A stretch of DNA of 64,000 nt from Marsupella aquatica (Eukaryota; Plantae; Marchantiophyta), in assembly GCA_973895155.1 (NCBI GenBank), contig OZ316899.1, forward strand, positions 5,521,241-5,585,240. Direction: 5' to 3'. Of this stretch, positions 23,365-35,186 are shown in pieces. The notes under the pieces are model-generated. The model saw nothing but the letters and a program-made list of their open reading frames with translations. It was not told the origin of the DNA and did not search any database. A program made the translations under genes and the position numbers. Each line of letters opens with the position of its first letter. The stretch's first letter is position 1.

Positions 23365-26300
23365 ATGGAACAGAGTGACACAGAGATGTGTGAGTATGAA
23401 AGGAAAGCTATGGAACAACGAGCATACGTGAAAGCCAAATTGCAGAACTGGATCTGGAAAAGGATGTGGCTGAATTGTAAGGGAACGATTCTCAACTACA
23501 CCCCTCCGCTGAGTTTGTGTGACATGAATAGTTCAATGTGGCACTGAAATTGTGACTGTATTCTCATATTGGAATGTCGCAGAGCAACAGGTTTTTCAAA
23601 GAAACAAAAGGAGTACGCAAGAAGGGTGACCAACACTATATCTGGGCCTGTGCGTCGGAGTGACAGGTTGAGCAAGAAGGTTGTACCTACAATGCCTGGC
23701 AGAATGTGGAGATGACATGGATGCTGCGCAAGTGGGTGCAGACACTAGACAAGAAGATGCAGATGATGAGTATTTTCCAGAGGAAATGGATGAGGATGGG
23801 GGTTATGAAGATGAATACATTGCAGAGCAGCCCCAAAAGAAACAGGTAAGTAGTTTTCCCAACAAGCTAGGTTTAGAGTTAAAAACTCTTGTTGAGAGGT
23901 TTCATATGTTCAGTACTACACCCTATGTGCCTTGCTTAGTTCCTGACATTGTAGTTGGTGATGTGATGCAGCGTCCTGCCAGTTCTGTTTTGCCTGCAAA
24001 GCTTGTGCATGCACCATACCAGCAGGGGGGGCTGACCTCTAATCAAGGTTGGCGAGGGGTAGTAGTGGTAGATCCCAGGCTGGTGCCCAATACTATGGCA
24101 GGGGGCAAGCTCTAGGTTATGCCCGTGGTAGAGGCAGAGCAGGTCCAAACCCACAGTCTCGTGGGTATGGATGTCCACCTCAACCATGGGGATGTGAGTA
24201 TATATCTATATGCCAGTTATTTGTGAAGGCATGGCACTCTTGAATTTCAGACTGCATATCAATTTTTGACATTGTTTGGGATGTATTGGATTCAGACAAC
24301 ATGAAATTCTGTCCACCTGCCATTGCATGCAGATTCTGCCCAACCTGATTGGGCAAATGCTGGTAATGATCAGTTCCAATGTCCACAAGGATAGACATGG
24401 GTTGAACCAGGTTGGGAGGATGGTGGTGGATCGTGGAATGAACAAGGCTGGGAAGGTGGTGAAGGTAATTGGCAGGGATTTCAAAATACAGTACCTACAA
24501 ACGCTGGAAGAGGGGCAGGTAATGTCTGATCTTGTCAGCAATGGAAGAACTCATTCTATGTGGAGTCCATTGACGTGGGGGGGATTCTGCACATGTATAA
24601 TAATAGAAAATGTATGTTTAGGGTTTAGGTTGTGTCCAGGTTGGACAATCGAACCATCGACTCAAGTATTCACTAATGCCCCTATGCAGATGCAGCACGG
24701 AAGGGGGCCAGGTATGTTGGTGAATGTTCATATGTTTTCCTATAGTTTGTACTATGTTTTCAGTACATATGTTTGCAGCCACATACCTAGAAAGTGACAT
24801 CATCCAGCCCCTGTACTAGGCTGGATAGGTGGTCCAGGGTCACAACAATTCTAGAGTGCAGTCCCTGCACAGGCATCTACAGGCAAAGCTACAGGTATGC
24901 ATGTTTGAAGAATTTTTCTTGAAGTGAAGCATTGAATGTTGGCGTCATCCATTCTGCTGTATGTAGTTCTCAAGCATGAATGGCATTGTATTTTCCCAGG
25001 TGGCTTCAGAACCCCAGGTAGGGTGAATGAAGGGGTGGCCAATACAACACCCAGTACTACCGAGAGCAGTGCACGAGGGGAGGTGACAAAGAAAGGGAAC
25101 GTAAAGTTGAATGAGAGACAATGGGTGGATGCTGAGTGTCCTCGTAAGAACCGTTGGCATGCTGATTTGAAAGCTGAAGTATTGCGTTGGTTAGATGTGA
25201 GTGTTATTAATTTAAAAAAACAACATCCAAAAGATTGGAAGACTATATGTGAAAATGTTGCTGCCAAATGGAATTATGTGGGCAGTGATGATGGCGTGGA
25301 CATAGGTTGCCTAGAGAGTACAGCAGGTAAAATCATTAAGCAAGAAAGGTGGAGAATGCATAAGGCTTGGAAGGAAGGTGGGGAGAAGCCAGATATGCCT
25401 CCACCAGCTAGTTGTGATGAAAAAGTGTGGGCAAGGTTAGTAGCTTATTTTGTAACAGATGCTTCAAAAAAGAAGAGTTCACAGATGACCGAGGCCAGGT
25501 TGAGTGTTCATGTAATACATTACATTAGTTAGAAATGATAGAAAATTATAAATTTTGAACTTTTTCTAATTCAAAGGTGCAGTATAGTTACTTTTTGTAG
25601 CAATTTAGATCAACTGAACACTTTACCTAATGTCATGCTACACCGGAGATTACTTCTTGTTCTGGATATTGAACGACAGCGGAAGTCTTTACCTTTCATC
25701 GGCATCACACTCAAGATATGGATGTAATTCAAGAAGCTATGCAAGAGAATATCTACACAAGAGTTCAGCAACCAGATCAGACAGCACTACTCCAACAAGA
25801 TTAGTTCTCCTACGACAATAGTTAAGATCAGCCGATCTCTGTAATTTTAGTTAAATAGTTAAAGTAGTTAGAAAAGTCTCATACTTTTTCAGGAAATAGC
25901 TCTTATGTAGCAGACCCTCCCCTGAAAGTATCGGCCAAAACCGACATGTCGTTTAGAAGTTATAGCATTTTTAGTTTTGCAGTAGCGTGAGTGCGCAAAG
26001 GCGCAACGACGCTAGTGCTCCAAAGCGCAAAGGCGCAACGGCATTTCCGACACTTAAAAAATTTTCCGGAACAGTGTATTTTTTATCCGATAGCACTTTT
26101 CACTGATTTTATTAAGGCACATAGACATCTCAGAAAAGTCTAAAATTTTGCCAGCATGTAGCATGTATGTAAATCTTCCACCTAGGAAAGTTTCACCCCA
26201 TTTTGACCCTTATATTAGAAATTAATATTCTGATAAACTCACTATTTATTAGTTTTACCACAAAAGTGCAAAAAACACTTTTACTCCAGTTTACACTAGA

Positions 26301-28870
26301 GATAACTTTTGGTTAGTTTTTCATTCCAGCAACATTCTAGTGAACCTTGAGTACTCTTATAGCATATTTTCATATTTTTTACTTTAGTTTATGACCCTTA
26401 AGATGTGACAGGGCATGTCCTTTCATTATCTTTTTTCCCCTTTAGTTCCTGCCAGCCTATATGTAGTTGAATTTATGTCACTTTTAGTGTGAAGAAATTT
26501 CATGAGCGCTCAGTTGCAAGATTGCAACTTTGTTACCTCCATTTGTAGCAAGCACTCCATTGCATATGAGTACTTAATACAAAGGAATTCTTCCCCCTTC
26601 AAGTCTAAATGAATGAGAAGTTTGGACCCTTGAAGTAAAATTATTGTGATTGTTAAATCTTTTGAGTATGTGGAAATAGATTCCTTGTTGGTGATGTTTC
26701 ACATATTCCTTAGTTTTTGATGCATAGTTTTTGGCGTGTCATTGCTTGTGCACGGGATGCAAAGATTGTTACTTACCAATTACTTATGGCTTCAAATTTG
26801 ATTATGATGGTGTCTCTTATTTGTGGCACAAAGTACCGATTGGATACAGAAGTGATTGATTACTAGTCTCCACTCAGTACCTTGGAAGGAAAAGTTGAGA
26901 CATGTTGACGGCATTTTAGTAATCATCTTAGTATCGTAATTCTTTCCAAAAATGTTCTTGCGGATATACCACCTAAATCATATCAAATGAAGTTATGTTG
27001 AGAAGTCACCTTGGTTGTTTCCTAACTCCCTCACCATACCTCAAGGTTTTCATTGTGTTTTATTAATTTTTTTCCATTTGTTAATTTTATTTTTAATGTC
27101 AAGCAGACATTTAAAACTATGCCTTGATGAGCAACCATAGTAAAAGGCTCAACTTTGTGTTTTTGTTACTTTATTCATTCATAAGTGCTAAATCATAGAA
27201 AATCATTCCTTTCATGTTCTTCCATGGGAACGAATACCGAGTTTTGGATCTTAAATGTTCATTTATGTCCCTAGTGTGATACTACAGTTCAGAACCCTAA
27301 TCTGACAGGAAGGATCGGCACTGCACCGACAGCAAAACGTTTGGTAAGAATCAATGGCCTAGCTATGTAATTTATGCTACACTATGTACTGTTTTTTAGT
27401 GTAAACCCATGCATGTAAACTTTGTTTTTTAGTGTACGTTCCCTGAATAATAATGATAACTTGTGTTTGCCATGCATGCGCAGAAAGCCCAATTGGGGCA
27501 AAGCCCTTCAAAAGAAGAGTTGAGGGCTGAAATTGTGAACACCCGGGCTCAAGAGGGTGCATCTGAATCCTCCAAGCATGTAAGTTATATGAGTTCTGAT
27601 TGGTAATTGAATGACCTGCGTTGAATTTCAGGTGTACACTGTATATAACATTGATTGTGCATATATTGCCCAACATTTCATATGGAGTGATTGAACCTAT
27701 ACCCCTGTGTCATGTAGGGAGGTGGATCTTCACTTACAGAGATAAGTGGTCGTTTGAAGGCTGTCGAAACATGTCTTCCAAAGATCAATGAACGTTTGAA
27801 TTCATTGACTGACTTGTTCCATGTGAACTTCAAGACATTAATGGAAGTTGTTGTGTCGGTGAGAGATAAAATTGATTCCAATTCTGCAGGAATTCCACCA
27901 TCACCACTTGAGGTGGCAAAGTCGATGCACTCTTCTGGCATGCCAACGACATCTAGGCTTGAAGGTAAGGCCTTTACAACTGTGTGGGATATGATTAGTA
28001 AATGTATAGTTTGAATTGACATAGTTTGTTGAATGTGTTATTTTCAGTAACATATATTGTGGTTGTGTCCATAGAGAATAAGACAGGTGCTGCAGAGAAG
28101 AAGTATGAGAACCTGGCAAATACTCGCTGTAATTTGGAGGCAACAAAGTTGCAGTCTGTACAAGCAACTTGTTTGACAGAGGGCAGTCAACCATGTTTGG
28201 ATGAGGATGACATTGGCAAGGGAGTGGATGATATCAATGTTGGGGCAAATGAGGATATCAGCAAGCATGACAATGATACCATTGAGCCAGATTCATGCTA
28301 TGTAGATCTTGACTCCATTGCAGAGATAAATGATTTGCAGAATGTATCATTCTCAATGACAGGTGTGCCTCTTGTTGAGATAAATCCAACCAAAGAGTTA
28401 GTTGGTATGACACTCCCAAGTGGTGAACCTGCTGCTGTGACAGTCCTAACAGAGGAACCTATTGAGCCTAGCTTCACTACTGTGAAGAGAGGAAGCATGC
28501 GCACACGAAGCAAGTCTGCTGGTGGGAGCAGAGCCACGTCAAAGGTTTCATACAACCTCCAAGAACGGTGCTGGCAGAAAGATCTAAGGTGGAAGTAGGG
28601 AAAGCACCTAATGCTGAGGGACAAAGTGGCTTGTTAGCTGTTGATGAGAGTGGAACACGAGTAGGATTTGGTAGAGTGCAGGTTGGTTCCACAATGTTCC
28701 ATGGCAAGCGGATTCCCCCAGGTTATTCAGTAGTGTTAGTCACATTACTAGTGAAACCTAAAGTTGTCCTTCCCATTACAAATACAAATGATGATCCTCC
28801 TCAAAAGACACTTGGAGATGCTGCAGGTTCTTTGGTATTATGGCCAAGCAAGTTCATAGAGAATCCATAA
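23365..28870 (+). pseudogene. Multi-exon CACTA TnpA-like (ORF2) gene, interrupted by a solo LTR
   Basis: N-terminal EYERKAMEQR helix; G/R/W-rich exons; core KNRWHADLKAEVLRWLD...W..LV.YF...KKKSSQMTEAR; C-terminal FHGKRIPPGYSVV...DDPPQKTLGDAAGSLVLWP (Tnp1/En-Spm-type). Confidence 0.8.
25511..27286. mobile_element. Solo LTR (1776 bp) inserted in a TnpA exon
   Basis: TGTAATAC...GATACTACA ends and a perfect 5-bp TSD GTTCA (25506-10, 27287-91). Removal restores MTEARLSVQNPNLTGR..., collinear with copy 2 MSNARGKVKHLSQAGR. Confidence 0.92.
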
Positions 28871-29374
28871 CAATGTCATGCCATTATTTGTTTGTAGTGT
28901 GAGTCATGTTATGTAAATTTTAGATGTCAAGAAGGAGTACAAGAATCATGTCCTCTTGGAGATTCATAGTATCATGCATGTGCTTTCAGTTATCTCATCA
29001 TGCAGTCATCAATTATGAGCTCCTGTTTTGTCTGAATTACATTGATCACATTGTAAACTATTCCATTGGAATTCAAATGATCTACTAACATTTTTGAGCA
29101 AGATTGTGATTCTGTTTAATTCTTATTAATGTTTTGTGTAGGATCTCCTTATATGATGCTTTGTTTCATGTGAATGTCATTCATGCTATGTTCATTTCTT
29201 GTATTCAATGTGTTATATTTCTAAAGTTAGAACATTAGGTTTCTATGTATTGTAATGTGGAGTGCTCTCTCTCCTTATGAACTGTCCCTCTGTGTTCATT
29301 AGTCATGGTTACAACTTGCATGTGAACCTTATTAGTTATAAACATGAGTATATAGAGTCCCAAATGGTTCTGTT

Positions 29375-29700
29375 GTGTGACCCGGGCCAGGGTCTCCATT
29401 GGTCTCTCCTGTGACACTAAATGGTCACACGCTAGTCGTTGTTGAATGCGAGCAAGTCATGTATGTGACTTACCATGTGACTCGTCAAAGTCATATTGCA
29501 GTCACGTAGAAACAAGGCTAGACTCCACAATAAAGTCACAATCAGTCACAAATGGGTATCAAGCAAGTCACAAAGCCCAGTATCAATAGTGACTTCCATT
29601 TTTTGGTCTCAACTTTTGCAACTCCAAGGGTTACAGCGTGGGTCAAGTCACGTTGAGTCACAATGAAGTCACATGAGCCAAAATGAGTCACATATTGCGG
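29375..29700. repeat. CACTA-1 subterminal repeats (AGTCAC/GTGAC motifs)
   Basis: More than 10 GTCAC/GTGAC copies in both orientations next to the right TIR. Confidence 0.75.
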
Positions 29701-31360
29701 TCTCAGTTCACCTCGGATTCTTCTAGTGCCTCCGCCTGTTGTCACTATTGTTAGCGTCCAAACCCTACTTCCTCAACGACATTCTCTATTGCGAATTCAA
29801 TAAAGACTGACTTATCAGAACGAGAAAAGAACATTACACAACAATGCGATTCTGCTTGCAAAAATGTGTACCATATAACTGAGCAATGCTCTCCCCCCTT
29901 TTCCCGTGATAGGCCAAGGGTTTAAATACTTTACAATCTGTCCTAAGAATGGGGCAATGGCCCCTGTCGCTCTACCAAGCGATGTGCTTTCCTAACCTAA
30001 TTCTATCCGCCACTCTTTCACTCCTCTGGCACAATAGGTGGCCGCCTTATTTCTCTTTCATGGGCAGCCTCCCACGCGGCTACCTCCGGATCCCTTGGTG
30101 CCATTGCCGTAATCCGGCGGCAAGTCCATCGAAGTTGTTGGAGCTCATTCGGCTGTCTCAAGCGTTGTTCCTCCCATTCCCCTGGCGTCTCACCCGCGAC
30201 TACCCACCAATTGCGGTATTCTTGGTAAGTGTTAGGACCCTATTTGTCCTCAAGCTTGATTTTGTTGTCCACAGTGTCATGATTGGGTTGGTATACCATA
30301 AGGTACGCCCGAGTTGACATTGGTGGTCCTCCGCATCTAATTATGGGGTCGTTCCCCTTCAAGAATTTGGAGCTTATTAATAAATTGTACATCCGCACGG
30401 CTGCTGGCCCTGCCCGGCTCCAGGCCCCGCCTGGCTAAACACCTTCCACATATAATCATCCCTATACACTTCATCTTGCCATTAAGATCCACATCAACTT
30501 TGTCTCCTCATCCGGATTGATCCACCACCTCAATTAAAGAGCACGCAAAACAGTACCACCGGAAGTAGCGTGGGTCCGCAAGCAAACACCCGAAAGGATA
30601 TCGATTTGTAAGGGCATTTATCCATCCTTGAAGTTGAGCCAAAAGACTTAATGGTGGGTTGGCCTTGTGCTAGGGCAGTCGCATCCTAACCCGGGGATCA
30701 TGCTGTCATATTGAATGATATACAACTATAGGGTTGGTCTCAATGTGTAGACCAACCCGTCATTGTCTACAAGCGCCCGAAATAATTCATTTGGTGTGGT
30801 GTCCAAAAGATTGCAGGTCCAAAGTAATTTCCTAATCTATAATTATGTACAATCCTTACTACACCTCCCGTTTTATAGTAACAAACGAGTGGATGAGCTT
30901 CGTAGACCTCCCCGTCCTACACTCGTCCCATTTCTCTCTTTGTTGTGCCATCCGGCCATTTGGAGAAAAGTAACTAGGCAGGGCAGAGTATATGTGACGT
31001 CGTCGGTACGGCGGGTAATGAGTAATTCGGTCTAACCGCGCTTAGCATGCGCGTTAGGGGTATCTTAGGCCTTTATTATTAGCATAACGAGAGTATTTAG
31101 GTAGCCATTATGAGTAGGAAATCATTAGTCAATAAGGGGAATTCATGTTCGGGCTGGCGGCGGGTTGCCATTCGCACGCCCGGGTTGCGAGCGTGTAATG
31201 GGCCCTTTTTCCCCCTCCCTCGGGTCCATATAACAAACTCTGGGAGGAGGCCACTGACACGAGCTGACCCGGACTGGAGAAGGGGCCGGTACACTACGAG
31301 CATGAAAGGATCGACCTATAAGCGACGAGGAGGCATCGGGCAATTGATGAGCTCTCAGGG

Positions 31361-31367
31361 TATAAAA
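31361..31367 (+). promoter_or_regulatory. TATA box of the family-R ORF (copy B equivalent at 58655)
   Basis: gggTATAAAAgggg is conserved in both copies and lies ~105 bp upstream of ATG 31466. Confidence 0.6.
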
Positions 31368-31465
31368 GGGGGCCGATCCTTTGCAGTGCACCAGCTCTCC
31401 AGTCCACGCGCCAGCTTCAATCCCAGCTCTCTCACTTTTCCTTAGTCACCTGCTATCTCCTGTGA

Positions 31466-33846
31466 ATGTTGCACACAATCCTTTCCAGTTCGGACATACG
31501 ATTCTGGACTCAGTTCCTGTCTATCGGAGGATACTTGGCTGACTCATTGAAACACGCCAACCCGCACCGATACAAGATCGAACGCGAATACGAGAGAGCC
31601 ATCCGCCTAGCAGGACAACACCACTATCTCCTTAACTTTGATTACCCATCCCAGAGCGAGCTTTACCGACCTGAAGAAGTATCAGGGTACTTCTTCGACG
31701 GAGGCAAATACATCGGCTTCTGGGAGGCATTGCTTTGGCTTCCGGACGAGGTCTTCAATACTCCGGGCACGATCGACTTGCAGCGGCACCACTTTGACCA
31801 CATCCCCGCTCGGGTCCGGGCTATCATCAATGGCGAGTTCAACACTACCCGGTCGACAGGACCACCTTCACTTGCGTCGGAAAACCTCCACCGGCACCTG
31901 TAAAACTTCATGGCAACTCTACCATCAATGACCAGTGCCGGCCAACCCGTGCTCGTACCCGCACCTACACCTCCTTGACCTCAGCCAAGCCGGTCCCCGC
32001 CACCGGTTCCACCACCTCTCCAAGTACGATCTGTGGTGAATGCGGTAAATATTAGCTCTGAAGACGAGGAGGCTCACCCTCCTCTGAATCGACGGCCACG
32101 GGGTACGAACAACCTAGCACCACTCCAGCAAGCCTGAGGGGATAACACGGTAACGCTAGCGGCCCCGACACCAATACTCACCGCAGTTGCGCTACCACCA
32201 CCTGACCGAGAGGATGGAGAGATGTCCCCTTCTTCTAGTCACCCCGAGAATCAGTCTCGGGGTAGGAAGAGGAAGGAGCCCGTAGCCGTATCAGGGTTGC
32301 CTTTGGCCACGGTTGCGGTAGCCAAGCTGACCATGCATTGCATGGGGGACAATGTTCACAAGAACATCCTCCACCCCAAGCATGCATGCTATCTGAAGAC
32401 CCAAGGGTTTGAGCACCTCGCCTCTCTCCTTGGAACGGAAGCAGGTATTACAGGCAGGATATGATGGAGTTCATTCAGAACTTCGACGAGGCCCGTCAAC
32501 AAACCCGAGCGCACGGGAGAGTGATGTGTCTCGATGAGGCACGTCTGAAGATGATTTTCGGCTTACTCGAGGGGATAAACCGGGTAGAGTCGCGGGCTCC
32601 TGTGGGCAAGGGAGCTAAATACCAGTCATCTAGCTTCCCGACCGAAGGGGTAGTGGACAATGGGTTCTTAATGAGGACGTGCCTCATCCCGGAGGTAGCA
32701 GAATGCCTAGAGTTGCAGCGGTATGCCCTCCACATGATGGAACCCAGAGGAGAAATATCGGCCGCTTAGGTCATCCAGGTGGAGAACTATCGGCCCAAGA
32801 AGTGGGCGTTCTTCTTCGTCAAGAAGTTCCACGAGGAGATGGAGCGGAGAAGGAAGACTTTGTACCTTGGTGGGAGGGCGTACTTCGCTAGCCACATCAA
32901 AATCATCATCAAGTGGTACGCTCGCTTCGACCGCCAGAGCTTCCCACGTCTCAACGAGCCCGAGCTGACCCCGCCAAAATGGGTGTTCCCAGCCCAGGTA
33001 AGGCGACCGCAGCCCGAGGCCCGAAGTCTAGCAGCTGCAAGTCCTGCTACCCCGGCCCCGCAACCCATTGCTGTCGCCCCGCCAGGCATACCCATTGACG
33101 TTATCGCAACCTTAGACGCGATCAATCGAGACAATGCCATCGAAGCCGGGCCGGATGAAGCCGTACCCAAAGCAGATGCCACGGTAGCCGGGGAGATTCC
33201 GCCACCCCCCGTGGTGGTGCAGGAGAACCACCCACCTCCAGTGGAACTAGCCCCTTCGACCGACTTACCTCAAGGGCTGGATGTGTCCACTCCTACTCCC
33301 GCACGGGTTGGAGTCTGCCCGTGCCCGAATCCAGAGGGACACAGTCTAGACCATCCGGAACTCTTTGCGCCAGGCACATTTCTGAACGGGTTGTTGGGAG
33401 ATTTCTCGCAACAGATCTCTCGGGACACCGGGGAATACATGGCCCGGAGGGTGGCCTACTTCTTCAACCAGGAGTAGGTTGCGGCAGTAAGGGCAGGACA
33501 TGCGCAGGCAGAGACCGCGTAGAGAATAGAGCGATATCGGGTTGAGTCTGCCTACCTGAAGGACGAAGTGGCAACCCTGGAGGCTGAACTCCAACAACTA
33601 CGGCCTCAGGTAACGGCCACAGAGGACCAGGTCGCCGAGGCTAGAGCCCAAGTAGCGTTAGCAGTACAGGCCGAGCTCGGAAAGGACGCCGAGATCGCGC
33701 GGCTTCGGACCAAGATTGACGGTTTGCAGGGGCAAACCGTTTGTTGGCAAAAGGATCTGGAGGAAGCCGACTCCAGGTCTCAGCGGGACACAACCGAGAT
33801 TGACACCCTTAAGGCAGAGGTGGCGCGGCTTCAAGGAGAAGTCACC
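31466..33846 (+). pseudogene. Family-R long ORF (continues at ~53567-53780): unique N-domain, Pro-rich linker, plant-mobile-domain-like core, C-terminal coiled coil
   Basis: ORF fragments 31466, 32222, 32461, 32779 and 33568 join into one ~870-aa frame with several stops and one frameshift near 32428. Confidence 0.75.
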
Positions 33847-35117
33847 TGTGGACCGGCTCAATATAGGGTATGTAAGGAACTTGTCAATTTTTTTGTTGTT
33901 TGTACAAGGAATAGTAAGAAAGTTGTTGTAGTGTTAGCAAAGTACTTAGGGTTTGCAACCCTAAGTCACTAGGGAAGGCTAGTAGGAAATCATGGAAGGG
34001 AGAAAATGTGTTGTTCTCAGCAAATGTAAAGGGATAAGTAATGTGATTTTGGTAGGCAGCAAATGTTCCACCCTTAGTTAGGATAGGCGACTAAGTCGGG
34101 ACCGGAAAATGACCCGACACCTAACATCTTATTTTTGGCTGATATTTCTCCCATGGGTGCTGGGAGGTCCCTAGGGAACCCTGAAAAAGTATGAAGTCAA
34201 GTGGGGTCTCAACCTAGAAGTTGTGAGTATTTTGACAGAAATTAAAATAACCAACTAGCGGGCCCCGGATAAAATAGCCAAGGGGTAAATTTTGTGGGTT
34301 CGAGGTTAGAATTGAGTTTAGTATAGACCATAATATCCCTAGATTGTCTCAAAAATAATTTGTCACCTTTTGTTACTTTTTGGGAACACCTCAAAGATTG
34401 GGAATAGTAATGCGCTTTAATAGATATGGTCAAACTTATGTATTTTTAGAAAAGTCGGTATGTAGTTTTTATAGAGTTTGATAAATTTAGGAGGGAGTCC
34501 TATGTCCAAGGATTCCAGAAATGTGCTCAGAAGTACGTTTGGACGTTTGAGTGAATTATGGCATGGCCTTCAAGAGGGGCCAGTATAACTGTTTCTCCTG
34601 AGAGGAAAACGAAATTTTTCTAAGTGTCAAAACGCATCGACGCGGCGGCGACGCGGCGGCGACCAGACTAGCACGAGGTCAGGCAAGCACGACATGGGCA
34701 GGAATGCACGAGGTGGGCTAATTGAAGGGCTGGTGCTCATCAAAATAGGCCACTCTTGATCTGAATAGGCAGGTGAGGGATTGAATTGAGCTAGCTGCTG
34801 CTGAGAAGGACTTGACCCAGCTGCTACTGTGAAATTGAATTGTGAGCTATGGCTGTTGGTTGGAATAGGGAGGCTGGCTTTGAATTGGGAAGGTTGCTTG
34901 CTGCTATGGCAACGACACAATAGATTAGAGGTGCTGCTATTAATCAGGCATGAGATGCTCACGAGAATTGGCTGGCTGCTGCCTTGATGCTACTGAATTG
35001 ATGGATGCTACTGCTAGCTGTGAAATTGCAGAGGTGGGCAACTACGAAATTGAGAAGAGAGACCTGCTTGGCTAAGTGATTGGAATAGAGCTAGTTGTTG
35101 AGAAGGAATCAAGCTAT

Positions 35118-35186
35118 GGCTGCTGCTGCTGTGCTTCAAATCAGCTGCTATGCTTCAAATCTGCTACTGTGCTTCGAATCAGTTGC
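35118..35186. repeat. GCTGCTGTGCTTC(A/G)AATC minisatellite, target site of CACTA-2 (continues at 51733-51770)
   Basis: The repeat register continues across the excised CACTA. Confidence 0.8.

Larger units (their letters stand above)
10542..29728 (+). mobile_element. CACTA (En/Spm) transposon copy 1, 19.2 kb, carrying the four-gene cargo cassette
   Basis: Left end CACTAGAAGAA-N13-GAGACC; right end is the reverse complement of CACTAGAAGAA-N13-GAGACC. 3-bp TSD CCT at 10539-10541 and 29729-29731. Internal TnpD and TnpA. Confidence 0.95.
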
